From: an uncultured Gemmatimonadales bacterium
GTDB taxonomy: Bacteria; Gemmatimonadota; Gemmatimonadetes; Palauibacterales; Palauibacteraceae
Direction: 5' to 3'
Assembly (NCBI GenBank): GCA_963783385.1
Contig: CAWANJ010000001.1
Location: forward strand, 448,001 to 512,000
DNA length: 64,000 nucleotides
Shown here in pieces: positions 40,096 to 49,634 of the stretch; the first letter of the stretch is position 1, and each line of letters begins with the position of its first letter. The notes under the pieces were generated by a model. That model ran no database searches and was not told where the DNA came from. It saw only the letters and a list, made by a program, of their open reading frames with translations. Both the position numbers and the translations under genes were made by a program.

Positions 40096-40962
40096 GTGCG
40101 CCTGGTGACCTTCGCCGGCCCGGACGAGCCCGCCGTGGGGGCGCTCCGCGGTGACCACGTGGTGGACCTCCGGACCGTGATGTCGGAGCCGCCGGCCTCC
40201 GTGCGGGAGATCCTCGCCGCGGGCGCGGCCGCCCTGGACCGGGTGGAGCGCGCCGCGTCGGAGGCACCGGAGGAAGCGCTCCACCCCCTGGAGACTCTGA
40301 CTCTGCTGCCGCCGGTCCCCGATCCGGGCAAGGTCCTGTGCCTGGGCCTCAACTACGCGGAGCACGCGGCGGAGAGCGGACACGAGCCGCCGGCTCATCC
40401 CGCCATCTTCATGCGCAGCCGCACCTCCCTGGTCGGGCACGGCGGACCGCTCGTCCGTCCCCGGCTCTCCGAGCAGCTCGACTACGAGGGGGAGCTCGCC
40501 GTGGTGATCGGCCGTTCCGCCCGGCACGTGTCCGAGGAGGACGCGCTGGACCACGTGGCCGGCTACGCGCCCTTCGACGACGGGTCCGTGCGGGAGGTCC
40601 AGTACTGGACGGCGCAGTGGACCCTGGGCAAGAACTTCGACTCCACAGGGGGGTTCGGCCCCGCCCTCGTCACGGCCGACGAGGTGCCGCCCGGCGCGGC
40701 CGGCCTGCGCATCCGGACGCGGGTGGACGGGGAGACCCTCCAGGATGGCAACACCGCCGACATGCTGTTCACCGTGCCCCGCATCGTGTCGCTGCTCTCG
40801 GATGTGTGCACGCTCGAGCCAGGGGACGTGATCATCACCGGCACGCCCTCCGGCGTCGGCAAGGCGCGCACGCCGCCCCGCTGGCTTCGACCGGGCGAGG
40901 TGGTCGAAGTCGAGATCGAGGGGCTGGGCGTGCTGCGGAACCGCGTCGGGGAGGAGGCATGA
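40096..40962 (+). CDS. Fumarylacetoacetate hydrolase family protein
   Basis: KVLCLGLNYAEH, LDYEGELAVVIG, GKNFD, LEPGDVIITGTPSGVG; GGAGGAGG RBS. Confidence 0.93.
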   Translation: MRLVTFAGPDEPAVGALRGDHVVDLRTVMSEPPASVREILAAGAAALDRVERAASEAPEEALHPLETLTLLPPVPDPGKVLCLGLNYAEHAAESGHEPPAHPAIFMRSRTSLVGHGGPLVRPRLSEQLDYEGELAVVIGRSARHVSEEDALDHVAGYAPFDDGSVREVQYWTAQWTLGKNFDSTGGFGPALVTADEVPPGAAGLRIRTRVDGETLQDGNTADMLFTVPRIVSLLSDVCTLEPGDVIITGTPSGVGKARTPPRWLRPGEVVEVEIEGLGVLRNRVGEEA

Positions 40963-42236
40963 CGACCGACGACGGGAGGCCGGTGCACGCGGCGGAAGGC
41001 ATCCTGCCGGTCGACGTGATCCGGGCGGCCTTCCCCGCCCTGGAGCGGCGGTGCGCCGGGCACCCCGTGGCCTACTTCGACGGACCGGGCGGCACCCAGG
41101 TGCCGCGTCCGGTGGCCGACACCGTCTACGACTACCTCCTCCGCCACAACGCCAACACCGGCTGGGCCTATCCCACCAGCGCCGAGACCGACGCGATCAT
41201 CGAGGAGGCCCGGGGCGCGATGGCCGACTTCCTGGGCTGCGCGCCGGACGAGGTGGCGTTCGGGGCGAACATGACCACCCTCACTTTCCACGTGTCGCGG
41301 GCCATCGGCCGCGCGCTGCCGCCGGACGCCGAGATCGTGGTCACCGAGCTGGACCACCATGCCAACGTGGACCCGTGGCGAGAGATGGCACGGGACCGGG
41401 GGCTCGAGGTACGGACCGTTCCCCTCCGTCCGGAGACCGGAACCCTGGACTACGAACGCCTCGAGGCGCTCCTCTCCCCGCGCACGGGCGTGGTCGCGGT
41501 CGGGGTCGCCTCCAATGCGCTCGGCACCGTGAACGACGTGGAGCGAATCGGTGCTCTGGTTCGGGAGCGCACCGACGCGTTGTGGTTCCTGGACGCGGTG
41601 CACTCGGCCGCCCACCGCCTGCCGGACGTGCGGGCGCCGGCCTGCGACTTCCTCGTGTGCTCGCCCTACAAGTTCTACGGCCCGCACACCGGGGTGCTGT
41701 ACGGACGCCGCGACCGGATCGAGGCGCTCGACGTCCCGCGGTTGCTGCCGGCCCACGACAGCTCACCCGAGCGCCTCGAGACGGGGACCCTGAACCACGA
41801 GGGGATCGCGGGGATCGCGGCCGCCGTGGACTTCCTGGCGTCGCTGGCGGGCTCCAGCGCGGACCGGCGACCGGCCCTGGGGGACGCCTTCCGGGGACTC
41901 CACGCCCGGGGAGAGGCGCTCTTCCGTCTGCTGTGGGAGGAGATGGAGAGCATCCCCGGCGTCCGCCTGTACGGCCCGCCGCCCGGACAGCCCCGCACGC
42001 CCACCCTGGCGTTCACCGTCGGCGACCTGCCCTCCCGGGAGGTGGCGCGCCGCCTGGCCGACGGATTTGGCGTCTTCTGCTCGCACGGGGACTTCTACGC
42101 CGCCACGGTGGTGCAACGGCTCGGGATGGCGGAGGCCGGCCTGGTCCGGGCCGGCTGCGCCTGCTACACCTCGGACGAGGAGGTCCACCGCCTGGCCGAA
42201 GGCGTTCGGGCGATCGCGGAGGGCTCAACGGGCTGA
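40959..42236 (+). CDS. Cysteine desulfurase-like protein (class V PLP enzyme)
   Basis: YFDGPGGTQVP, GANMTTL, DHHANVDPW, SNALGT, DAVH, CSPYKFYGPH. Confidence 0.9.
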   Translation: MTTDDGRPVHAAEGILPVDVIRAAFPALERRCAGHPVAYFDGPGGTQVPRPVADTVYDYLLRHNANTGWAYPTSAETDAIIEEARGAMADFLGCAPDEVAFGANMTTLTFHVSRAIGRALPPDAEIVVTELDHHANVDPWREMARDRGLEVRTVPLRPETGTLDYERLEALLSPRTGVVAVGVASNALGTVNDVERIGALVRERTDALWFLDAVHSAAHRLPDVRAPACDFLVCSPYKFYGPHTGVLYGRRDRIEALDVPRLLPAHDSSPERLETGTLNHEGIAGIAAAVDFLASLAGSSADRRPALGDAFRGLHARGEALFRLLWEEMESIPGVRLYGPPPGQPRTPTLAFTVGDLPSREVARRLADGFGVFCSHGDFYAATVVQRLGMAEAGLVRAGCACYTSDEEVHRLAEGVRAIAEGSTG

Positions 42237-42607
42237 TCCCGATCGACCCCGTCATCCTGCTCGGCATGGGCTTCGTGCTCGTGGTGCTGCTGCTCGTGGG
42301 TGGGTTCCTGCTCGTGTACCCGCTGTCGCGGCGCCTGAGCGCCCTGCTGGAAGAGTCCATCCGACTGCGGAGGAGTCCGGGCGCCGGGGAGGCCTCCCCG
42401 GCGATGCTGGACACGGTGCGCGATACACGACGGCTCGTCGAAAGCCTCGGGGACCGGCTGGATGCCATCGAGGAGCGCCAGCGGTCCGTCGAGAACCTGC
42501 TCGAGACTCCGCGCGGATCCGGGAGGGATCGGCAGGCGCAGGTCGGCGGGGAACGCGCCCGGAAGGAGTCGAACCCTCAGCCTCCGGATCCGAATGCGGC
42601 TCCGTAA
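42233..42607 (+). CDS. Small membrane protein with coiled coil
   Basis: Hydrophobic N-terminus, then RLDAIEERQRSVENLL; start CTG 42233 or ATG 42267; 3' end crosses the att repeat. Confidence 0.55.
   Translation: MIPIDPVILLGMGFVLVVLLLVGGFLLVYPLSRRLSALLEESIRLRRSPGAGEASPAMLDTVRDTRRLVESLGDRLDAIEERQRSVENLLETPRGSGRDRQAQVGGERARKESNPQPPDPNAAP
42554..42594 (-). repeat. att site: 41-bp duplicate of the tRNA-Arg 3' half
   Basis: CGCGCCCGGAAGGAGTCGAACCCTCAGCCTCCGGATCCGAA is identical to 45010-45050. Confidence 0.93.
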
Positions 42608-42924
42608 CTCTACTGATATTACTAACGTTCGCCCGAAAGTCCGCGTACTCTGGCGATCCTCGCATACCCGGCCCCGACACACCGGCGAGGTTCGCGAACG
42701 ATTCAGTGCCAGATTCGGTGCCACCCTCTCCCGTGCGTCACGACGTTCGGCAGCGCGTGTTGCCGAGGCTCGGGGCTCGCGCGTCCGCAGATCCGTCAGC
42801 CGCCGTCTGGAAGCCCTGGCGGTCGTGGACGAAGATCGGGGTGGCGCGAGCGCCGCGAGCGTGTGATGTTCGCGGTCCGACGGTCTGCCGGTCTGTCGGA
42901 CCCTCTGCGCCAAGGAGCCGCCTC

Positions 42925-44962
42925 ATGTCGATCCTCCCGGCCCGCAAGCGCAGGCCCGTGCTTTCCGGTCCCACCCTCCTTCTCTGTCTGGCCGTCGTCG
43001 CGTGCGGTCCGGCGAAGCCTTCGTACTTCACGACGGAGCAGGCCGCGCGTGGGGCCCTGGTCTACAAGAACCACTGCGCCGGTTGCCACCAGCCGGACCT
43101 CCGGGGGGGTGGATTCGCCGTGCCGCTGGCCGGCAAGGGCGTTTTGGCGCAGTGGGAGGCGCGGAAGCTGACGGTGGATGACCTGTTCTACGTCGTCCGG
43201 GCCACCATGCCTCCCGGGGGTTTCGGATCCTTGACGACGGAGCAGCAGCTGGACGTGGTCGCGTACCTGCTTCAACAGAACGGTCTGCAGGCCGGAGACA
43301 GGCCGCTCACGTCCGACGCGGCCTACCTCGCCAGCCTCGAGCTCACGACCGGCGCGCCCTCCTCTTCCGCCGGGCGAAGCAAGGCTCCAGGCTACATCCC
43401 GGGCCCGGGAGGTATTCAGCCTCGGGGATCCTCGCCGACGCCGGCCGAGCTGGCCGCGGCACGTACCGGCGGAGAGAACTGGCTCTACCACACGGGCGAC
43501 TACGCGGGAAACCGCTATTCGGCGCTGCGACAGATCACGGCCGCGAACGTGACCAGGCTCGGCATCGCCTGCCGCTACACCTTCAGCGAACAGGGCGGCA
43601 TCGAGACCGGCCCCATCGTGTACCGGGGCACCATGTACGCCACCACCGTGCACGAGACCGTCGCCATCGACGCCGCGACGTGCGCCCAGCGCTGGAAGCA
43701 CGTCTGGGACGCGCCGGCGGGAGACGTGTGGCGCAACAACCGGGGCGTGGCGGTGGCATCGGGACGCGTGATACGGGGCACCTCGGACGGCTACCTCGTG
43801 GCCCTCGACGCCGAGACCGGTGCCCTTCTCTGGGCGCGAAAGGTGGCCGACGCCGCGGCGGGTGAGACGATCACCATGGCGCCGCTCATCTGGAAGGATC
43901 TGGTGCTGGTGGGGCCGGCGGGCAGCGAGAACGCGATCCGGGGATGGGTGGGCGCCTTCTCTCTCGAGGATGGCACGCCCGTCTGGAAGTTCAACCTCGT
44001 GCCCCGATCCGGTGAGCCCGGGTACGACAGCTGGAGCCACTCCAGCGGATTCCGTATGGGCGGCGGGGCCATCTGGACACCGATGTCGATGGATGCCGAC
44101 GCCGGGATCGTGTTCGTGGCGGCGGGCAATCCCTCTCCCGACTATCCCGCAGCTCTGAGAGGTGGTGACAACCTGTACACCAACTCCGTCGTGGCGCTCG
44201 ACGCCCGCACGGGAAAGCTCGCCTGGTACAAGCAGCTGGTGCCCTCGGACGAGCACGATTGGGATCTGACCCAGGTGAGCCCCGTGTTCTCGGGCACGGT
44301 GGCAGGCCACCACAGGAAGCTGCTGGCGACCGTGGGAAAGGACGGGCTGCTCCGCCTTCTCGACCGGGACACGCACACGGTCCTCTGGGAGACGGCCGTG
44401 ACCACCCGGGAGAACACGGATGCGCCCGTGACCGCGAAGGGGACGCACGCCTGCCCGGGCACTTTCGGCGGGGTCGAGTGGAACGGGCCGTCCTACAGCC
44501 CGGAGACCCGCATGCTCTACACGCCGGCCGTGGACTGGTGCGGCACCTTCTTCGCGGCCGACACGGTGCGCTACGTGCCCGGAGCGAACTACCTCGGCGG
44601 AAGCTACCTGGCCGATGCAAAGGCCCGTGGGTGGCTCACGGCCATCGACGTCGCGTCGGGGAAAGTCGCGTGGCGATATGCTTCCCCGAAGCCGATGGTC
44701 GGAGCCGTGATCTCGACGGCGGGGGGCCTGGTGATGGCGGGCGAGCTCACCGGGGGACCTGATCGCGTTTCAGGCCGGCACGGGAAAGGAGCTGGCCAGG
44801 GTCGCGACCGGGGAGCCCATCGGGGGGGGTGTCGTCACCTACATGGCGAACGACCGACAATACGTGGCGGTCGCCATGGGCCGGCCGTCCCATTGGTGGT
44901 CAGGGGCGGACGTGGGACCGCCCACGATCGTGGTGCTCTCCCTCCAGAGACAGGGCTCCTGA
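42925..44962 (+). pseudogene. Lipoprotein cytochrome c + PQQ-dependent dehydrogenase fusion, with a +1 frameshift in the G-run at 44752-44756
   Basis: AAGGAG RBS; lipobox VVAC; CAGCH heme motif; RYSAL.QIT..NV, NRGVA, ALDAETG, GGAIW, NLYTNSVVALDA, DEHDWD, GGVEW; removing one G restores GDLIAF...GGGVVTY...QYVAV to TGA 44960-44962. Confidence 0.85.
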
Positions 44963-45009
44963 AGGGACGAGCCCCGGCTGTGAACCGGCGTCACGTTCTG
45001 GTCACGGAG

Positions 45010-45083
45010 CGCGCCCGGAAGGAGTCGAACCCTCAGCCTCCGGATCCGAAGTCCGGCGCTCTGTCCAGTTGAGCTACGGGCGC
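45010..45083 (-). tRNA. tRNA-Arg (anticodon TCG)
   Basis: GCGCCCG acceptor stem, TAGCTCAACTGGACAGAGC D-arm, CCGGA-CTTCGGA-TCCGG anticodon arm, GAGGG-TTCGACT-CCTTC T-arm; CCA not encoded. Confidence 0.95.
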
Positions 45084-45095
45084 GAGAGGTCGCTC

Positions 45096-45124
45096 ATCCT
45101 ATGGGTGCGGCCGAAGCTCTACAA
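45096..45124 (-). promoter_or_regulatory. Putative sigma-70 promoter of tRNA-Arg
   Basis: TTGTAG-N17-TAGGAT ending 12 nt before the tRNA 5' end. Confidence 0.55.
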
Positions 45125-46273
45125 GGTCTCCCAGCGCAGGCCGCGGCCGTCCAGGACTGCCCGTAGCTCGGCCGGCGGCAGGAGCCGCACGGGCGGCTGC
45201 ACCCCGGCTGGAGGCCGTGAGCCGCTCGCTCCGTCCCTCCCCGCCAGCCGCTTCGCCCCCGCCGTGATGATAGCCGCGGTGAGTCCATAGGGATCCTGCC
45301 CACGGACGGCCACCGTCCGCGTCCCCCCCTCCCGGCCCGTGGCCCGGGCCACGATCTCGAACTCGCCGCTCTCCCGCTCCGCCCGCGTCGGGCCCGGCGC
45401 CCCGCCCCGGGCCCAGCGGTCCAGGAGTGGCAGGAGCCACCGAACCAGGTGGGGCAGCGCGGGCGACAGGAGGGCGGCGGCGCGCGCCGTGGGGCCGCCG
45501 GTTACGGCCCAGCCCCGCACCTCCCGAACCTCCATGTGGCGTGGCACGGTGACGATCTCTCCCGTGGGGAGGGTGATGGCCGGCCGCCGGCTCCCATCCG
45601 GAAGCTCGAGCACCGTGCGCCGCCGCGCCGCCCGCTCGGGGACCCAGGCCCCGTTCCGGTAGGCGAGGCCGGGCGCGGCCAGGATGCGGAGGATGCTGGC
45701 CCGGGTGCCCCGCGAGGTGGCGGCGGCCCCGCCCCGCCACCCGTAGATCAGCTCCACCAGGCGCAGGGGCCGCGCCAGCTCGCCGGCGGCCAGCTCGGCC
45801 GCCGCGTCCCCGAGGGCGTACTCGAACGCCATGGCGTTCACGACCGTGACGCCGGCCTCCCGCGCCGGCCCGTCCCAGCGCTCCACCACCCGCTTCATGA
45901 ACCGTTGCTCGCCCGTCGTGTCCAGGTAGTGCGCCCCGGCCTCGACGCAGGCGCGGATCACCGGCTCGCCCAGCTCCAGGAAGGGGCCGGCGCAGCTCAC
46001 CACGACGTCCCCCGACCGCAGGAGGCGCTTCAGCGTGTCGGGCCGGGTGACATCGACGACGGCGGTGGAGGGCGGCCCCGCAGCGGTCTCCGACGCGACG
46101 CCGCCGGCCTCACTCGCACGCCCCGACTCGGACAGGGATTCGGCCAGCCGCTCCAGCTTCCCGGTGTCTCGTCCTGCCAGGACGAAGGGGACGTCGCCCG
46201 CCGCCAGCTCGCCGGCCACCAGGGAACCGGTGTAGCCGGTCGCCCCTACGACGAGGATGCGCGCTGGGTCCAC
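45119..46273 (-). CDS. Saccharopine dehydrogenase-like NADP-binding oxidoreductase
   Basis: ILVVGATGYTG, LAGRD, SCAGPF, HYLDTTGE, DPYGLTA. Confidence 0.85.
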   Translation of the reverse strand: MDPARILVVGATGYTGSLVAGELAAGDVPFVLAGRDTGKLERLAESLSESGRASEAGGVASETAAGPPSTAVVDVTRPDTLKRLLRSGDVVVSCAGPFLELGEPVIRACVEAGAHYLDTTGEQRFMKRVVERWDGPAREAGVTVVNAMAFEYALGDAAAELAAGELARPLRLVELIYGWRGGAAATSRGTRASILRILAAPGLAYRNGAWVPERAARRRTVLELPDGSRRPAITLPTGEIVTVPRHMEVREVRGWAVTGGPTARAAALLSPALPHLVRWLLPLLDRWARGGAPGPTRAERESGEFEIVARATGREGGTRTVAVRGQDPYGLTAAIITAGAKRLAGRDGASGSRPPAGVQPPVRLLPPAELRAVLDGRGLRWETL

Positions 46274-46430
46274 CTTCACCTCCAGTCTACACGCGCCGGC
46301 GCGGGCCGCCCGGCTCTTGGTCCGAACGCGCACGTCGTACACGACGGACCGACCCAGGTAGGAGGTTCCCCATGTGCGGAGCCCCGGCGGTTACGGACCC
46401 CGACGCCGCGCCGACCCCGATCGCCCCGCC

Positions 46431-47613
46431 TCAGTAGGCCGGGTGTCCCGTGATGTCCTGTCCCAGGATGAGGCCGTGCACGTCGTGCGTGCCCTCGTAG
46501 GTGTACACGGACTCCAGGTTGGCCATGTGACGCATGGACTGGTATTCGACCAGGATCCCGTTGGCGCCCAGCAGCCGCCGGGCCTCCCGGGCGCACTCGC
46601 ACGCCATGTTCACGTTGTTGCGCTTGGCCAGCGAGACCTGCTGGGGCCGCATGGTGCCGGCGTCCTTGAGCCGGCCCGAGGCGCAGCACCAGGAGCTGCG
46701 CCTTGGTGATCTCGGTCAGCATCTCGGCCAGCCGGATCTGCTGGATCTGGGTGGCCGCGATCGGCTTGTCGCCGAACTGCACCCGGTTCTTCGAATAGCT
46801 CACGGCTTCGTCGTAACAGGCCATGGCGGCCCCGACCGCGCCCCAGGCGATCCCGTAGCGCGCCTGCGTGAGGCACATGAGCGGGCTCTTGAGGCCGCCG
46901 CTCCCGGGCAGGAGGTTGGAGTCCGGCACGCGCACGTCCTGGAGCACCAGCTCGCTCGTGTCTGAGGCCAGGAGGGACAGCTTGCCCTTCTGGTCCCTGG
47001 CCGAGAAGCCCTCCCGGTCGGTCTCGACGATGAAGCCCCGGATGGACCCGACGTCGTCGACCTCGCCCGTCTTGGCCCACACCACCGCCACGTCGGCCAT
47101 CGAGCCGTTGGTGATCCACATCTTGGCGCCGTTCAGCACCCACTCGTCGCCGTCCTTGACCGCCCGGGTGAGCATGCCGCCGGGGTTGGAGCCGAAGTCC
47201 GGCTCGGTGAGGCCGAAGCACCCGATCTTCTCGCCCGACGCCAGGGCCGGCAGCCACGTCTCTCGCTGCTCCTCGCTCCCGAAGGCGTGGATCGGGTACA
47301 TGACCAGGGCGCCCTGCACCGACGCGAAGGAGCGAAGCCCCGAGTCGCCTCGCTCGAGCTCCTGCATGATGATGCCGTAGGCGACGTTGTTGAGGCCGGC
47401 GCACCCGTACTTCTCCGGCAGGTTGGCCCCCAGGAAGCCGAGCTCCGCCATCTGGGGGATGAGCTCGGAGGGAAAGGTCTTGCCGACGTAATGCCGCTGG
47501 ATGATCGGCATCACCTCCTCCTCCACCCAATCCCGAACCATGTCGCGCACGGCCCGCTCCTCGGGCTCGAGCATGCCGTCCACGTCGTAGTAGTCCACAC
47601 CCTGGAAGCTCAT
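46431..47613 (-). pseudogene. Acyl-CoA dehydrogenase (glutaryl-CoA dehydrogenase-like), with a +1 frameshift near 46676
   Basis: ELERGDSGLRS, GCFGLTEPDFGS, NGAKMWITNG, ARYGIAWG; C-terminal SLAKRNN...NLESVYTYEGTHDVH lies in another frame after CTCGGGCCGG. Confidence 0.88.
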
Positions 47614-47724
47614 CGGTCGGTCGATCTCCTGTATGGTGGTGCGATTCGGTGCCGGGAGGCCCGGCGCTCGAGCGCGGCCGGTCGCTGCGCCCGCCCCGCC
47701 GCCGCTCCGCAGTGGGGCGGCGCC

Positions 47725-48090
47725 TCAGTCCGGGTCGGAGGGTCCCCCCCTCTTCACCCGAACGTAACCCCGCATGACCTCGCGGCCGATACGGTAGCCC
47801 AGATAGTAGGCGGCCCCCAGGGGCAGGAGCCAGGCCCACATCGGCAGGACGCCGCTGCGACCCTCGAGCAGGATCCAGACGGCGAATGGCAGGGTGACGA
47901 GGAGCGCGGCCGCGTGCCGTCCCCATCGAACCCGTCGGCCCAGGTCCTCGCGGCAGGAGGGACACCACAGCTGCCGGTCCAGGTCGCTGTGGGGATACAG
48001 CTCCCGGCACGACGCGCACGGCTTGTGATCGTGCCCGGTCTCGGGGGCCTCCGGCTCGGCCCGATCACGCACGTCAGACGGAGGAATCAT
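47725..48090 (-). CDS. Hypothetical membrane protein with Zn-ribbon
   Basis: CASC...WCPSC followed by two TM helices. Confidence 0.65.
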   Translation of the reverse strand: MIPPSDVRDRAEPEAPETGHDHKPCASCRELYPHSDLDRQLWCPSCREDLGRRVRWGRHAAALLVTLPFAVWILLEGRSGVLPMWAWLLPLGAAYYLGYRIGREVMRGYVRVKRGGPSDPD

Positions 48091-49108
48091 CTCGTTCCAG
48101 TCGGTCGATGATCGCGCGCGCGAAGCTCTGCGTGGTGCCGGTCCCGCCGAGGTCCGGGGTCAGCCCCTCGTCTCCGCGCAGCACGTCGACCACAGCCGAC
48201 CGGATTCGCTCGGCCACCTCGTCCTCGTGCAGGTGGTCGAGCATCAGACAGCTCGCCAGGATCATCGAGCACGGGTTGGCGATGCCTTTGCCGGCGATGT
48301 CGGGAGCCGAGCCGTGCACGGGCTCGAACAGGGCCGCGTCCTCGCCGATGTTGGCACCGGGAGCAAAGCCGAGTCCTCCGACCAGACCGGCCGCCTCGTC
48401 GGAGAGGATGTCACCGAACATGTTCTCGCTCACGATCACGTCGAACTGGTGCGGGTCGAGGACCAGCTGCATGGCCGTGGCGTCGATGATCCGCTCGTCG
48501 AACGTGACGCGGCCCTCGTACTCCTCGGCGATGCCGCGTCCCACCTCCAGGAACAGGCCCTGGGTGCACTTGAGGATGTTGGCCTTGTGGACGAGGGTGA
48601 CCTTCTCCCGGTCGTGGGCCAGCGCGTACTCGAACGCGTATCGTACGATGCGCTCGGCCCCGAACCGGGTGACCAGCATCACCGACTCGGCCACGGCCTT
48701 GGGATCGTCCTCCATGCCGATGAAGTGCTCGATCCCGATGTACAGCCCCTCCGTGTTCTCGCGCACGATGACCAGGTCGACGTCCTCGTAGCGCCCGCCG
48801 GAACGCAGGGTCTTCACGGGGCGCAGGTTGACGTACAGGTCGAAGTGCTTGCGCAGGGCCACGTTCAGGGACCGGAAGCCTTCGCCGAGGGGGGTCGTGA
48901 GGGGGCCCTTGAGGCCCACCCGGTGCTGCTCGATCGACGCCAGCGTCGCGTCGGGCAGCGGCTCCCCGCCCTCCTCCATCGCGGAGGTGCCCGCCTTCTG
49001 CCGGTCCCACTCGATCGGGGCGCCCGCGGCCTCGAGCACCGCCTCGCACGCTTCCGTGATCGCCGGTCCGATCCCGTCCCCCGGAATCAGGGTCACCGTG
49101 TGGCTCAT
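48074..49108 (-). CDS. icd: NAD-dependent isocitrate dehydrogenase (IDH/IPMDH family)
   Basis: IPGDGIGP, KGPLTTP, RSLNVALRK, RENTEG, HKANI, NMFGDILSD, HGSAPDIAG. Confidence 0.85.
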   Translation of the reverse strand: MSHTVTLIPGDGIGPAITEACEAVLEAAGAPIEWDRQKAGTSAMEEGGEPLPDATLASIEQHRVGLKGPLTTPLGEGFRSLNVALRKHFDLYVNLRPVKTLRSGGRYEDVDLVIVRENTEGLYIGIEHFIGMEDDPKAVAESVMLVTRFGAERIVRYAFEYALAHDREKVTLVHKANILKCTQGLFLEVGRGIAEEYEGRVTFDERIIDATAMQLVLDPHQFDVIVSENMFGDILSDEAAGLVGGLGFAPGANIGEDAALFEPVHGSAPDIAGKGIANPCSMILASCLMLDHLHEDEVAERIRSAVVDVLRGDEGLTPDLGGTGTTQSFARAIIDRLERDDSSV

Positions 49109-49139
49109 GCTCCTCCCTGACGGGGTCTCGATCTCTGGA

Positions 49140-49634
49140 TCACGAGGGCTTCAGGTAGCGCGGATCGTAGTGGAAGGTCGTGTGGTCCTCCCCGTACTGC
49201 ACTAGCTGGTCCAGGTAGCCGGGCTTGTCCGTGCCCTCGGTGCGCGCGTTCGTCACGCGCCGAAGCGCGTCCTGCCAGGTCACGCTGGTCAGCTCGTCGC
49301 GCAGTAACGTGGCCCGGGCCACCAGGTGCCCCGACGAGTCCAGCGTGGTCACGCGCACGGCCGCCACGCCGTCGAACTCGCCGAAGAGCTTCTGCGTCTG
49401 GGGAGAGAACAGGTAGATGTAAGGGCCGACCTTGGCCCACAGAACGCCGCCCCTCCTGAGCTGGGCGGAGGACTGTCGAACCTGCACCGTGACGACGTTC
49501 CCGTTCAGGTTCACGTCGGCCGAACTTCCGTACAGTCCCTTGATCTCGCTCTGCTTGGGCAGGTTCAGCGTCTTGCCGCCTCCGCAGGCCGCCACCAGCC
49601 CCACCAGGACGGCCGCCAGGATCGCCTTCCTCAT
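49140..49634 (-). CDS. Hypothetical lipoprotein
   Basis: [17 protein letters not shown] lipobox; ATG overlaps the upstream stop. Confidence 0.75.
   Translation of the reverse strand: MRKAILAAVLVGLVAACGGGKTLNLPKQSEIKGLYGSSADVNLNGNVVTVQVRQSSAQLRRGGVLWAKVGPYIYLFSPQTQKLFGEFDGVAAVRVTTLDSSGHLVARATLLRDELTSVTWQDALRRVTNARTEGTDKPGYLDQLVQYGEDHTTFHYDPRYLKPS

Larger units (their letters stand above)
42554..45050. mobile_element. tRNA-Arg-integrated mini genomic island, no integrase
   Basis: Bounded by the 41-bp direct repeat; AT-rich patch at 42604-42626 and tandem GTGCCA (42705-42723) next to the att copy; one cargo gene. Confidence 0.75.

Noticed and set aside
42554-42594. Second tRNA gene
   Set aside because: Only the 3' half is present, with no D-arm or 5' acceptor strand; it is an att duplicate
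42738-42870. Possible integrase C-terminal remnant (ATPIFVH...FQTAAD) next to att
   Set aside because: No catalytic H-x-x-R, LGH or Tyr motif; resemblance too weak without a profile search
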